A DNA stretch of 64,000 bases, taken from positions 632-64,631 of the forward strand of contig CAZQYU010000001.1 of NCBI GenBank assembly GCA_964597585.1, in the 5' to 3' direction. The notes below the pieces were generated by a model. The model saw nothing but the letters and a program-made list of their open reading frames with translations, was not told the origin of the DNA and did no database searches. Of the stretch, positions 47,074 through 56,868 are shown one piece after another. The number at the start of each line of letters is the position of its first letter. Position 1 is the stretch's first letter. Origin of the DNA: an uncultured Thermoanaerobaculia bacterium. Lineage in GTDB: Bacteria; Acidobacteriota; Thermoanaerobaculia; Thermoanaerobaculales; Sulfomarinibacteraceae. The position numbers were made by a program, and so were the translations under genes.

Positions 47074-48837
47074 CTAGACACGAATCTTGGTTTTCGCCAG
47101 GGAGATGGCAAGCTGCTCGAGCAGGAACTCCTCGACCTCTCGTGCAGTGACCATCTGTCGGGCCTGGCGGGCCATGTGGACCGTCTCGCGGTATGAGAGC
47201 TGCCGAATGAGGCTGCGAATGACCGGGACGGCGAGCGGGTTCATGCTGAAGCGGCGCAGCCCGAGCCCGACCAACACCGGAACCATGAGCGGGTCGGCTG
47301 CCATTTCGCCGCACATGGTCACGTCGACGCCCGCAGCGTCACCCGCGGCGATCACGTCAGCAATCAGACTGAGGACGGCCGGACTGGTCGGACGGTAGAG
47401 GTCCGCGACGAGATCGTTGCCGCGGTCCACGGCGAGCGTGTACTGGATCAGGTCGTTGGTTCCGATGGAGAAGAACTCGGCCTCCTTCGCAAGCTCATCG
47501 GCCATGACCGCGGCCGACGGGACCTCGACCATGGCTCCCAAGGGGGGCAAGAACGGAATGTCGATTCCTTCGCCGCGCAGCTCGTCGGCGAGCTGGTGGA
47601 CGAGCAAACGAGCGAGCCGAACCTCCTCGATACCGGAGATCAATGGGAACATCACCCGCACCGTGCCCTCCGGAAACTCGACCGCAACCCGGAGCAGCGC
47701 ACGGAGCTGCGTACAGAAGAACTCACGCTTGTGCAGGCACAGGCGGATGCCGCGGAGCCCCAGCACGGGGTTGGCCTCGACGTTGCCCATCATCTCTCGA
47801 CCGAGCTTCTTGCCGCCGAGGTCGTAGGTCCGGATGGTGACCGGGCGGCCTTCCATGCGTCGGACCAGCGAGCGGTAGTACTCGAGGTGGTCGTCCTCGG
47901 TCGGCAGCTCCGGGCTCATGCGCATGTAGAGGAACTCGGAGCGGTAGAGGCCCACGCCCGTGACATTCCAGTGGATCGCCTGCTCCACTTCGGCAGGGAG
48001 GTCAATGTTGGCGAGCAGGAACACGCGGTGGCCGTCGCGGGTCACGGTCGGAAGCGATCGGACCTGCGCGAGCAGCGCCTGCTGCTCCTGGTAGTCGCGC
48101 TGCCTGGAGGTGTACTCCGCGAGCTCGGCCGGGTTCGGGTCGATGACGACCTTGCCCTCGAACCCGTCGATTGTGACCATGCGGGAGAGGCGCGCAGCCT
48201 CGCACACACCGTGTGCACCGACGATCACCGGGATACCGAATGAGCGGGCGATGATCGTTGTGTGGGCCGTGGGTCCGCCGGTCTCCAACGCGAAACCGAG
48301 GATCTTGTCGAGGGGGAGCTGGACTGCCTGTGACGGCAGGAGGTCATCCGCGACCAGAATGACCGGGCGGTCGAGCTCCCTCAACTGATGCAGGTCGTGA
48401 CCACGCAGAGCGTGCATGATCTGGGTGGCGACGTCGATCACATCGAGGCGTCGCTCCGAGAGGTGGATGTCCTCGAGAGCCGCGAACCGAGCCACCAGGC
48501 GCTCCACGACCTGGTCGAGGGCCCACTCGGCATTCACTCTCTCCGCCTGGATGATCTCCTCTACGGGTCCGGTCAGTGACGGATCCGATGCGATCAGGCA
48601 GTGCGCCTCAAAGATCGCCGCATACTCCTCCCCCATCTGCCGGACCGCGCGCTCCTGATGGTCCCGGATCCGGGTCACCGTCTCGGTGACGGCGGTCCGA
48701 AACCGCTCGATCTCGGCCTCGACATCGGCCGAACCGATCGGGATTCGAAGCGTGGCGATGGGACGAGTCTCGTGCACGACCGGCTCGCCGATCGCGATCC
48801 CAGGGCTCACGCCCAGCCCGCGAAGGTGACTGCTCAT
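47074..48837 (-). CDS. ptsI: Phosphoenolpyruvate-protein phosphotransferase (PTS enzyme I)
   Basis: GGPTAHTTIIARSFGIPVIVG is the active-site His region. A C-terminal PEP-utilising TIM barrel is present. The ATG overlaps the ptsH stop (ATGA). Confidence 0.95.
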   Translation of the reverse strand: MSSHLRGLGVSPGIAIGEPVVHETRPIATLRIPIGSADVEAEIERFRTAVTETVTRIRDHQERAVRQMGEEYAAIFEAHCLIASDPSLTGPVEEIIQAERVNAEWALDQVVERLVARFAALEDIHLSERRLDVIDVATQIMHALRGHDLHQLRELDRPVILVADDLLPSQAVQLPLDKILGFALETGGPTAHTTIIARSFGIPVIVGAHGVCEAARLSRMVTIDGFEGKVVIDPNPAELAEYTSRQRDYQEQQALLAQVRSLPTVTRDGHRVFLLANIDLPAEVEQAIHWNVTGVGLYRSEFLYMRMSPELPTEDDHLEYYRSLVRRMEGRPVTIRTYDLGGKKLGREMMGNVEANPVLGLRGIRLCLHKREFFCTQLRALLRVAVEFPEGTVRVMFPLISGIEEVRLARLLVHQLADELRGEGIDIPFLPPLGAMVEVPSAAVMADELAKEAEFFSIGTNDLIQYTLAVDRGNDLVADLYRPTSPAVLSLIADVIAAGDAAGVDVTMCGEMAADPLMVPVLVGLGLRRFSMNPLAVPVIRSLIRQLSYRETVHMARQARQMVTAREVEEFLLEQLAISLAKTKIRV

Positions 48838-49103
48838 TCGCCCTCACCGAAGCGGTTGGCGAAGAGCTCCACGATCGCCTCAACGGCCTGCTCCTCGTCC
48901 GTTCCCTCAGCGCGGACCGCGAGCGGCGTACCCTTGGTCGCTGCCAGGGTCAGGAGACCGAGGATCGACTTGGCGTTGACTTCCTCGTCGGCCGAACCGA
49001 TGAAGATGTCGGAGGAGAACTCGTTGGCAGTGTGGACCACCTTCGCAGCGGCCCGGGCGTGCAGCCCGAGCCTGTTGGTGATCCGAACCTGCTCAACCTT
49101 CAT
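48834..49103 (-). CDS. ptsH: Phosphocarrier protein HPr
   Basis: NRLGLHARAAAK is the His-15 region and NAKSILGLLTL is the Ser-46 region. 89 aa. Confidence 0.9.
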   Translation of the reverse strand: MKVEQVRITNRLGLHARAAAKVVHTANEFSSDIFIGSADEEVNAKSILGLLTLAATKGTPLAVRAEGTDEEQAVEAIVELFANRFGEGE

Positions 49104-49205
49104 TTCCGCCCTCTCTCTTCGGAAGCGGTTCCGCCGCTCTTTCGTTCACTGGAAGGGACGACTGCCGCGCCATCTGCTTCGTCCCACGGTGGCTGCGCTC
49201 GGGCT

Positions 49206-49211
49206 ATTGTA
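49206..49211 (-). promoter_or_regulatory. Possible internal -10 element (TACAAT) upstream of ptsH
   Basis: The minus strand reads cggTACAATagcc, within the 145-nt gap between the EIIA-Man gene and ptsH. No convincing -35 element. Confidence 0.2.
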
Positions 49212-49248
49212 CCGTGAGTCTCCGACTCGTCCGGAAACCCGACTTCGT

Positions 49249-49665
49249 TCAGCCCGGCGCCGGAGTTCGAAGAAACTCGCTCGCCAGCCGGATGCTCTTC
49301 TGGCCTGCCTTGGTCACATGTTCGGCCAACTCCTTCAGCGACATGCCGCGCTGGCGCAGCGAGCCGAGTTTGACCAGCATCGGTAGGTTCACGCCCGTGA
49401 CGACCTCCACCCGATCCGGGACCAGATGAGGCAGTGCGACGTTGGTCGCGGTGCCCCCGAACATGTCGGTCAGGATCAAGACGCCTTCGCCCTGATCGAG
49501 CTCTCGGATTCTGGCCTTCAGGGTTCGTCCCGCATCGTCGGAGTCCACGTCCCATGGGAGCGGGAGTGCGCTCGAACGCTCGGCGACGTGGGGATCGATC
49601 GTCTGGGCTGCCTGGAGCAGCTCATCAGCCAAGGTGCCGTGGGTGAGCACCAGGATCGGGATCAT
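49249..49665 (-). CDS. PTS mannose/fructose-family EIIA component
   Basis: MIPILVLTHGTLADELL is the His-10 region, and ILTDMFGGTATN is also present. The ATG at 49665 follows GGAGG by 5 nt and overlaps the rapZ stop (ATGA). Confidence 0.85.
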   Translation of the reverse strand: MIPILVLTHGTLADELLQAAQTIDPHVAERSSALPLPWDVDSDDAGRTLKARIRELDQGEGVLILTDMFGGTATNVALPHLVPDRVEVVTGVNLPMLVKLGSLRQRGMSLKELAEHVTKAGQKSIRLASEFLRTPAPG

Positions 49666-50537
49666 GGGAACCTCCAACGATCCTTGTCACGATGATCAAT
49701 GACGGCTCTGTAGCCAACCTCCCGTACTGCCGCGGCGAGACGTTCGGCGACGTAGACCGAGCGGTGCCGTCCTCCGGTGCAGCCGACAGCGATCGTGACG
49801 TGCGTCTTGAGCTCCGCACCGTAGCGCGGCAGCAACCACGTCACGAGGTCACTCATCCGCACCACCGCATCTTCGACCTCGGGATGCCGTTCGAGCCAAC
49901 TCCGGACGACTGGATCGTCGCCGGCCAGCGCTCGCAACGACTCCTCAAAGTAGGGATTCGGAAGGAACCTCACGTCGAACACCAGGCTCGCGGTCGGTGG
50001 AACTCCCTGGAGGTACGAGAAGCTCTGGACCTCCACCGAGAGCAGCTCCTGTGCCGTCTCACCGATGCCACCCAGATCCAGGACGTGCCGCCGGAGATCA
50101 TGTGGTGAGAGCTGGTTGGTGTCGATGATCAGGTCGGCGAGCGTCCTCACGGGTGCCAGAGACCGGGCCTCGTCTGCGATGGCACGTTCAATGTTGCGGT
50201 CCCGGAGCGGATGCGGCCGCCGCGAAACGGAGAACCTCCGGAGCAGCACCTCGGGCGAAGCCTCGACGAAGATCAGGCTCACGGTCGGGCTGGCGGTCTT
50301 GAGCTTGCGGAAGACGGCGGGGAATGCCTCGGTAAAGCCCCTCGTCCGCACGTCCAGGACCACGACCAGCCGCACGAGATCGGCAGCAGAGCGGTCGAAC
50401 AGCGCCTGGACGAGATCGAGGGGGATGTTGTCGACGCACTGGTACCCGATATCCTCGAGGCCCCGGCTGAGCACGGTCTTGCCCGAACCGGAGAGCCCGG
50501 TGATGACGAACGGCCCCCGGAAGGAAAACTCAGCCAT
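49662..50537 (-). CDS. rapZ: RNase adapter protein RapZ (YhbJ; P-loop NTPase)
   Basis: ATG 50537 gives MAEFSFRGPFVITGLSGSGKTV, and CTGGRHRSV lies near the C-terminus. The 80-aa track extension is rejected. Confidence 0.9.
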   Translation of the reverse strand: MAEFSFRGPFVITGLSGSGKTVLSRGLEDIGYQCVDNIPLDLVQALFDRSAADLVRLVVVLDVRTRGFTEAFPAVFRKLKTASPTVSLIFVEASPEVLLRRFSVSRRPHPLRDRNIERAIADEARSLAPVRTLADLIIDTNQLSPHDLRRHVLDLGGIGETAQELLSVEVQSFSYLQGVPPTASLVFDVRFLPNPYFEESLRALAGDDPVVRSWLERHPEVEDAVVRMSDLVTWLLPRYGAELKTHVTIAVGCTGGRHRSVYVAERLAAAVREVGYRAVIDHRDKDRWRFP

Positions 50538-51534
50538 CGCCCTCGGCCGGCGGTTCGGTCTCACCCATGGCGCGGCGGTTGATCGCCTCGAGGAAGGTGC
50601 GCTCGTCCTGGATGCCGCGTTCCGCGAGCAGGCACTTGCGGACAGCGGTCTCGACCATGATCGCAACGTCACGCCCCGGCGCGACCGCCATGGTGTACTT
50701 GGGCACCTCGACACCGAGGATTGACTCGGTCGACGTCCACGCACGAGGTCTGTCGAGCAACGACTCGCGCCACGCACGTTCGCGCTCGAGAGTTTCCGGG
50801 CTCAGCTTGGTGAGCTCAATGACCAACGAGACGACGACCGTCGGCGAGGTCGCGGTCATGCCGAAGTGCTTTCGCACATCGATGATGCCGACGCCGCGCA
50901 ATTCCAGGTAGTTGTGCAGGAGCTCGTGGGCGGTGCCGAGCAGGCCCCTGTTGTGGGTCCGTCGAATCACGACGATGTCGTCGGCGACCAGCCGATGCCC
51001 CCGATACACGAGCTCCAGTGCGCACTCGCTCTTTCCGATCCCGGCGTCGCCAATGATCAGGGTACCCATCGAGAAGACGTCGACCAGCACACCGTGGCGC
51101 TGCACCCGAGGTGCGAGGGCGTCCTCCAGAAAGGCCGAGATGGACTCGATGACGTCCGAGGTCTTCGCCTCGGTGCACAGCAGTGGAACCTTTTCGCGCT
51201 CACAACAAGCGGCCACGGCGGGCCGCGGACGGTTGCCCTTGGTGGTCACGAGCGCCGGCACGTCCATCTGGACCAGCTGCGCGAGCCGGCCGTCCGCATC
51301 TTCCTCGTCGAGCGTCGCCAGGAAAGCGAACTCGGACTCGCCGAGAATCTGGAGTCGGCCAGGTTTCACGTACGGTAGGTAGCCCGCGAGAGCGAGTCCC
51401 GGCTTCTGGATGCGCGGGTTGCTGACCACCCGATCGTCGAGACCCGCCTCCCCTGCGATCACCTCGAGCCCGAGCGGTTGCAGGGTTTGCTCGTGAAGGA
51501 CGAGGCGGACCGGGAGGGGGGACGGAACGGTCAC
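50530..51534 (-). CDS. hprK: HPr kinase/phosphorylase
   Basis: GTLIIGDAGIGKSECALELVYRGHRLVADD contains the P-loop. The GTG start overlaps the ptsN stop (GTGA). Confidence 0.9.
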   Translation of the reverse strand: MTVPSPLPVRLVLHEQTLQPLGLEVIAGEAGLDDRVVSNPRIQKPGLALAGYLPYVKPGRLQILGESEFAFLATLDEEDADGRLAQLVQMDVPALVTTKGNRPRPAVAACCEREKVPLLCTEAKTSDVIESISAFLEDALAPRVQRHGVLVDVFSMGTLIIGDAGIGKSECALELVYRGHRLVADDIVVIRRTHNRGLLGTAHELLHNYLELRGVGIIDVRKHFGMTATSPTVVVSLVIELTKLSPETLERERAWRESLLDRPRAWTSTESILGVEVPKYTMAVAPGRDVAIMVETAVRKCLLAERGIQDERTFLEAINRRAMGETEPPAEGDG

Positions 51535-51995
51535 AGACCCTCGGCTTCTGCGGTCTGGCGGAGCGCAGCGAGAACGGCCTCCTCATCGGGAGCATTCAGC
51601 AGCTCCTTGCGCAGGTCGGTCCTTTTCAGAACCCGTGCGATCTGACTCAGCACCTGGAGGTGAGCCGCCGGCTGGTCCGGAGGCGAAAGAACGACGAACA
51701 GGAACTGCGACGGCCGTCCGTCAGGCGAGTTGAAGTCGACGCCAGTCTGCAGACGCGCAAGGGCAACCGCGATCTTCTTGATTCCCGGCATCTTGCAGTG
51801 TGGAATCGCGAACGAGTCGCCGACGGATGTCGATCCGAGCCGCTCCCGCTCCAGCAGCGCTGACACGATCCGCTCCGAAGCCACGCCGAGGCCGTCGGCG
51901 AGCCGATCTGCAACTGCCTGGAGTGCGCTCGGAACGTCCTCTGCCTCGAGCCCGAGGTGAATGTCGTCTGCGCCGATCAAGTCCTGGAGCTTCAC
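51531..51995 (-). CDS. ptsN: PTS EIIA-Ntr (nitrogen regulatory IIA)
   Basis: GSTSVGDSFAIPHCK is the active-site His region. 154 aa, positioned after hpf and rpoN. Confidence 0.9.
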   Translation of the reverse strand: MKLQDLIGADDIHLGLEAEDVPSALQAVADRLADGLGVASERIVSALLERERLGSTSVGDSFAIPHCKMPGIKKIAVALARLQTGVDFNSPDGRPSQFLFVVLSPPDQPAAHLQVLSQIARVLKRTDLRKELLNAPDEEAVLAALRQTAEAEGL

Positions 51996-51996
51996 G

Positions 51997-52542
51997 TCAG
52001 AACTCTGGCGTGATCAACCCGAGGTTGTTGTCGCGCCGACGGTACAGGACGTTCACCCGGTCGGAACCGGCGTTACGGAACACGATGAAATCGTTGCCCG
52101 ACCCTTGCAGTTGCATTGCCGCCTCGTCGATCGTCATCGGCTTGACCGGGATCGCCGTGCGGGTCACGATCACAGGCTCCCCGGCGGCCACCGAGTCAGG
52201 TTCGAGGACGTCCTCGCTCCAGTCCGGAGATTCCCTGATAACGTCGGCATGTCGCTTGTTGTCCTTGAGGCGGCTCTTGGCTTTGCGGGCCTGCATTTCG
52301 AGCTTGTCGATCGCCTCCTGGATGGCGGTCGTCAGGTCCTTGTTCTGGACCGTCGACCGGATGTCGAAGTCCTTTCCCTTGATGAAGATGTCAACGGCGT
52401 AAAGGTGCCTCTCCTGGCCCAGTTCGACGCGCATGTCGATGATGTCGTTGAAGTACTTCTCCACCTTCGCCAGCTTGCGCTCGGTCAGCTCTCGAACGGG
52501 ATCGGTGAGGTTCACCTTTCGCGCGACGTACTCGATCTTCAT
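51997..52542 (-). CDS. hpf: Ribosome hibernation promoting factor (long form)
   Basis: The sequence begins MKIEYVARKVNLTDPVRELTERKLAKVEKYF. 181 aa with a C-terminal dimerisation extension. Confidence 0.9.
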   Translation of the reverse strand: MKIEYVARKVNLTDPVRELTERKLAKVEKYFNDIIDMRVELGQERHLYAVDIFIKGKDFDIRSTVQNKDLTTAIQEAIDKLEMQARKAKSRLKDNKRHADVIRESPDWSEDVLEPDSVAAGEPVIVTRTAIPVKPMTIDEAAMQLQGSGNDFIVFRNAGSDRVNVLYRRRDNNLGLITPEF

Positions 52543-52567
52543 GCGTTCACTCCTCGATGGTGGTCGG

Positions 52568-54100
52568 TCAGAAAAACCTCTTGCGCTTGTCCGATGACGC
52601 GATCTGCAGCTCCTCTCTGTACTTGGCGACCGTGCGCCTGGCGAGGCGAATGCCCTCGCGCTGGAGCATTTTCATGATCTTCGAGTCGGACAATGGATGG
52701 GCCGGATCCTCGGCCTCGACGAGCTTCTTGATACGCTCTTTCACGACCAGGGAGGACACGTTGTCGCCCCGGGCGGAGTCGACCCCCGAGTGGAAGAAGA
52801 ACTTCATCGGGAACAGGCCGCGAGGTGTGTACATGTACTTGTTGCTGACCACGCGGGAGATGGTCGACTCGTGCATGCCGATGTCCTCGGCCACCTGGCG
52901 GAGCACCATCGGCTTGAGATGCTCGATGCCGTGGTCGAGGAAACCGCGCTGAAAGCCCACGATGCTCTGGGCCACCTTGTAAATCGTGCGCTGACGCTGG
53001 TCAATGCTCTTCATCAGCCAGAGTGCGTTGCGCATCTTCTCCTTGAGGTAGGAGCTGACCTGCGGGTCGAGAGCGGCCCCCTCGAGCATCCGTGCATACC
53101 TCGAGTTGATCCGCAGCCTGGGCAGCCCGTCGTCGTTGAGCGCGATCAGGTATTCGCCGTCCGTCTTGCGCACGTAGACGTCCGGCTCGATGTAGATATT
53201 GCGCTCGCTTCGGTAGATCCTGCCCGGCTTGGGCTCGAGCCGGTGGATCACCTCGAGGATCGGCCGGAGCTCCTGGGGGTCGCAGTCGAACACCCCTGCG
53301 AGCGACTCCCAGCGCTGGTGGAGGAAGGCGTCCCAGTGCTCCGCGATGACGGTACGAACTCGGTCCAGGAGAGTCGCCTCGTCTTCGTCGGAGGCCGTGG
53401 CACACAACACTGCCATCTGTGCGAGAAGGCACTCCTGGAGGGTGCGGGCCGCGATGCCTGGTGGATCGAGGGTGCGTACGACGGCGAGCGCCTGCTCGAC
53501 CTCGCTCGTGGACGCTCCGGTGGCGCGCTCGATCTCCTCGTCCGAAGCCCGCAGGTACCCACCCTCGTCGAGGTTGCCGATTACGAACTCCGCGATGTCG
53601 ACCAGATGCGGCGGGCAGCTCATCAGGTGCAGCTGCCAGACGAGATGGTCGTAGAGCCCGAGTGACGCTGAGAGCACATTCTCCAATGGCACGTTCTCGT
53701 CGTCGAGCGAACGTGCCATAGAGGGTCCTTCCACCCGACTGTCTCCGAGGTAGTCCGAGAAGAAGGCCTCGACGTCGATGTCGTCGTATGCTTCCTGGTT
53801 GCTCGGCAGAACGGGCTCGTCCTCTGCTTCCGGGGCAGGACGCTCGCCTGCGCCGTCCCAGTCCTCCGCCGCCTCCGGTCCCTCCGCGGCAGGCTCGGCG
53901 GATGCCGTTTCACTCTCCTGAGCGTTTGTCTCCTCAGCGCTCTCCTCGGCGTCGAGTACCGGGTTCTCGAGAATCTCCTGCGAGATCGCGTCTTCGAGCT
54001 CCAGCCGTGAGAGCTGCAACAGTTTGATCGCCTGCTGCAGCGACGGTGTCATGACCAGCCGCTGGGCAAGCTTGAGACGGAGCTTTTGTTCGAGCGCCAT
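52568..54100 (-). CDS. rpoN: RNA polymerase sigma-54 factor
   Basis: The N-terminus is MALEQKLRLKLAQRLVMTPSLQQAIKLLQLS. The RpoN box is ARRTVAKYRE. Confidence 0.95.
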   Translation of the reverse strand: MALEQKLRLKLAQRLVMTPSLQQAIKLLQLSRLELEDAISQEILENPVLDAEESAEETNAQESETASAEPAAEGPEAAEDWDGAGERPAPEAEDEPVLPSNQEAYDDIDVEAFFSDYLGDSRVEGPSMARSLDDENVPLENVLSASLGLYDHLVWQLHLMSCPPHLVDIAEFVIGNLDEGGYLRASDEEIERATGASTSEVEQALAVVRTLDPPGIAARTLQECLLAQMAVLCATASDEDEATLLDRVRTVIAEHWDAFLHQRWESLAGVFDCDPQELRPILEVIHRLEPKPGRIYRSERNIYIEPDVYVRKTDGEYLIALNDDGLPRLRINSRYARMLEGAALDPQVSSYLKEKMRNALWLMKSIDQRQRTIYKVAQSIVGFQRGFLDHGIEHLKPMVLRQVAEDIGMHESTISRVVSNKYMYTPRGLFPMKFFFHSGVDSARGDNVSSLVVKERIKKLVEAEDPAHPLSDSKIMKMLQREGIRLARRTVAKYREELQIASSDKRKRFF

Positions 54101-54103
54101 GAT

Positions 54104-54838
54104 CTAGAGTCGAAAATCCTCGCCGAGGTAGATCCGCCGGACGTCCGAGTTCTCGGCGAGCTCATCCGGAGGTCCGGCAGCAAAAATCCTGCCGTCCTTG
54201 ATTATATAGGCGCGGTCGGTGATCTTCAATGTCTCACGCACGTTGTGGTCGGTGATCAAAACACCTATTCCCAGTGATTTGAGATGACGGATAATGCGCT
54301 GGAGATCGAGCACCGCAATCGGGTCGATGCCCGCAAACGGCTCGTCGAGGAGGATGAACGTCGGATCGATGGCCAGAGCGCGAGCGATCTCGAGGCGACG
54401 CCGTTCCCCTCCGGAGAGCGTCTCTGCCCGCTGCTCCCTCCGTTCCCACAGTCCGAACTCCTGCAGAAGGTCGCAGATTCGCTCATGGGCCGTGACCCCG
54501 TCGACCCCCAGCGACTCGAGAACCAGCCAGATGTTGTCCTCGGCGGACAGACGTTTGAACGCGCTGGGTTCCTGCGGAAGGTAGGCAATTCCCATGCGGG
54601 CGCGACGGTACATCGGCTGGTCGGTGATGTCGCGGTCGCCGAGCAACACCTCGCCCGCCGCCGGTTCGACGAGCCCGACGAGCATGTAGAACGTCGTCGT
54701 CTTGCCGGCGCCGTTGGGGCCGAGGAGGCCCACGATCTCGCCAGGGGAGATGTTGAGCGTGACGCCATCGACAACCCACCGACCGCGATACGACTTGCGC
54801 AGACCCCTGCCAGCGAGGTCGAGAGCCTTGGGACTCAG
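54104..54838 (-). CDS. lptB: LPS export ABC transporter ATP-binding protein LptB
   Basis: Motifs are [27 protein letters not shown] and [12 protein letters not shown]. The track ORF starts inside the Walker A region. Upstream in frame there is no ATG, GTG or TTG before a TAG. The only plausible start is CTG 54838, which has GGAGGA 6 nt upstream and overlaps the upstream stop (CTGA). Confidence 0.85.
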   Translation of the reverse strand: MSPKALDLAGRGLRKSYRGRWVVDGVTLNISPGEIVGLLGPNGAGKTTTFYMLVGLVEPAAGEVLLGDRDITDQPMYRRARMGIAYLPQEPSAFKRLSAEDNIWLVLESLGVDGVTAHERICDLLQEFGLWERREQRAETLSGGERRRLEIARALAIDPTFILLDEPFAGIDPIAVLDLQRIIRHLKSLGIGVLITDHNVRETLKITDRAYIIKDGRIFAAGPPDELAENSDVRRIYLGEDFRL

Positions 54839-56793
54839 GGCTTTTCCTCCGGATGGTAGATCGTCTCGGTGCCCCCGGAAACCGTGACCCTACCACTGGT
54901 CCTATCCCAGGTCAACGATGCGGCGTTGGTCACATTGCCCTTCTCGTCCGTCAGCTGAGCTGGATTGCCGGTCAGATCGATGGTCTGGGTAGACCACTGC
55001 CAGCGGGCATGATCCCCCTTCATCCGGCGACCCGACGCCGGTTCGACGATGTCGACCGCTCCGGTCGCCTCCACGACACTCACGGTGTCGTTCTCGCCGA
55101 AGAGGATGTCGACCTCGCCAGCAGTGAGCACGTACTCGCCATCCGAGTAGCGGACGTCGCCCGTGTAGATCGCGCGTCGTGCTCCTCGGTCGTAGGTCAG
55201 CATTTTTGCGACGATAAGGACCTCCCCGCCGCCTCCCGGTGCGGGTATGCCCGAGACGGCGATTGAGGGAAACGTCGTGCGCACGTGCCCAGAGGCCTCG
55301 AGCGTCTCCCGAGATCGCAGGTACTGGATCTCGTCCGCGAACAGCAGACGGTCGCCCTGCCACGCGCGTGCGTTCTCCTTCAAGTGGAGATTCTCTCCCC
55401 CTTCCTCGACCTCGAGAACCTCTGCCGCGAAGTGCAGCGGAATCTCGCCCGTGTTCGGCTGGCCGGCGAGCAGCTCCATTCTCTCAACCTGGCCCTGGAC
55501 GTTGCCGCGCGCCTCGGCGCGCTGTTCCTGCTCGAACAGGTGAACCTGATCTGCCACGATCCTCGACTGGCCGGAAACCAGCGTCGCACGGATACCGCGG
55601 GCCTGGTCTCCGTTGAGCATGGCGAGCCCGGTTGCGGCGATGAGCCGTGCGTGGTGACCGGTAGCCCGGAGGTCGTCGCTGGCGAGCACGACGTTGCCAT
55701 CGAGATCGACATCGCCAGCACCCGCCTCTCCCATCCGCAGCCGGGCGGTGACCGCAGAGCCGTTCCGCGGAGCTCCCGTCATCGGGACGTCGGTCAGGCA
55801 CACTCCGTCCTCGGCGCGCACGTTCTGCAGCCCCTGCTCCGCCATCGAAGCGCGCAGGACCCAGCATTGCAGGCGGCGTTCGAGAATCTGGTCTCCACCC
55901 TGCAGCAGAAGCTCGACCCACGGGCCGTCGGTGGTCGCCGTGATCTGCCAACGCGTCTCGCCATCTCGAACGGCCACGACCTCCCGGGCCCAGCCGCCGA
56001 GGGAGCCCTGCCCGCCTCCTGCGGATCCTGACAGCGTCACTCCGCCTGAGAACTGGAAACGCGCCGGCGGCCCCTGGACGCCCTCCAGCGAGACCGTCGC
56101 TCGTGGGGCGTCGAGCCGCGACCCGGCACGGTCGAGGCGGCACCCCTTCGGGAGCTCGACACGATGGTCGCCGCGCCAATATACGACCTCCGGCGCGCGC
56201 AGGCTCCCGCCCGCGGTGAGCCTGACGACGACATCCTCGAGCGTGAGTACGTCATCGGTGAGGTGGTAGACGGCCTTGCCTGCGCGGCCGATGGCACCTC
56301 CGCCCGAGAACACGACATCAGTCTCGGTGGAAAAGACGCGGGACGAGGCGTCGAACACACCCCGTTCCGAGGTCACGAACCCGCCGTCGGGGAACTCGAA
56401 GTGGATCGCTCCCGACAGCTTGGCGTCCCGGGTCTCCTTGTTGAAGCTGGCAGAATCGCAGGTCAGGACGGCGCCTCCGATGCCTCTGTTGTAGAACTGG
56501 AGGCGGACGCCTTCAATCTGGTGCCAGCCTGAGGCGAGTCCGAGGGTGCGCGCCGAGTTCAGCGCGAACAGGATCTTGCCCGCCACGCTCTCGGTGTACT
56601 CGAACCCCGAGTAGACGCTGACCGCCTCGCCGCCGCCCCCGGCGTCCTCGCCCGCGCTCGGAGGCGAGACGCCCCCCACCAGTCCTTTGAGCGCGCGAGC
56701 TCGGATCACCGCGAGCGCGGCGACACCTGCAATCGCCAACACCAACAGGAGTGCGGAGAACCTGCGCAGCAGGAGCTTGGCGGTTCGGCTCAC
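54835..56793 (-). CDS. N-terminally anchored periplasmic protein with repeated LptC/LptA (OstA-like) beta-jellyroll-type segments
   Basis: The TM anchor is [19 protein letters not shown]. Segments resembling LptC/LptA recur along the protein (for example [34 protein letters not shown] and [25 protein letters not shown]). It sits directly upstream of lptB. At 652 aa it compares with about 190 aa for typical LptC or LptA. Confidence 0.65.
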   Translation of the reverse strand: MSRTAKLLLRRFSALLLVLAIAGVAALAVIRARALKGLVGGVSPPSAGEDAGGGGEAVSVYSGFEYTESVAGKILFALNSARTLGLASGWHQIEGVRLQFYNRGIGGAVLTCDSASFNKETRDAKLSGAIHFEFPDGGFVTSERGVFDASSRVFSTETDVVFSGGGAIGRAGKAVYHLTDDVLTLEDVVVRLTAGGSLRAPEVVYWRGDHRVELPKGCRLDRAGSRLDAPRATVSLEGVQGPPARFQFSGGVTLSGSAGGGQGSLGGWAREVVAVRDGETRWQITATTDGPWVELLLQGGDQILERRLQCWVLRASMAEQGLQNVRAEDGVCLTDVPMTGAPRNGSAVTARLRMGEAGAGDVDLDGNVVLASDDLRATGHHARLIAATGLAMLNGDQARGIRATLVSGQSRIVADQVHLFEQEQRAEARGNVQGQVERMELLAGQPNTGEIPLHFAAEVLEVEEGGENLHLKENARAWQGDRLLFADEIQYLRSRETLEASGHVRTTFPSIAVSGIPAPGGGGEVLIVAKMLTYDRGARRAIYTGDVRYSDGEYVLTAGEVDILFGENDTVSVVEATGAVDIVEPASGRRMKGDHARWQWSTQTIDLTGNPAQLTDEKGNVTNAASLTWDRTSGRVTVSGGTETIYHPEEKP

Positions 56794-56868
56794 AGCCGAC
56801 TTCCACCCGCCATCCGCGGCGAGCCGGCTGCGGCGGCGGTTCGTGTGGTGGGTTGCATGCGCGGTCGG

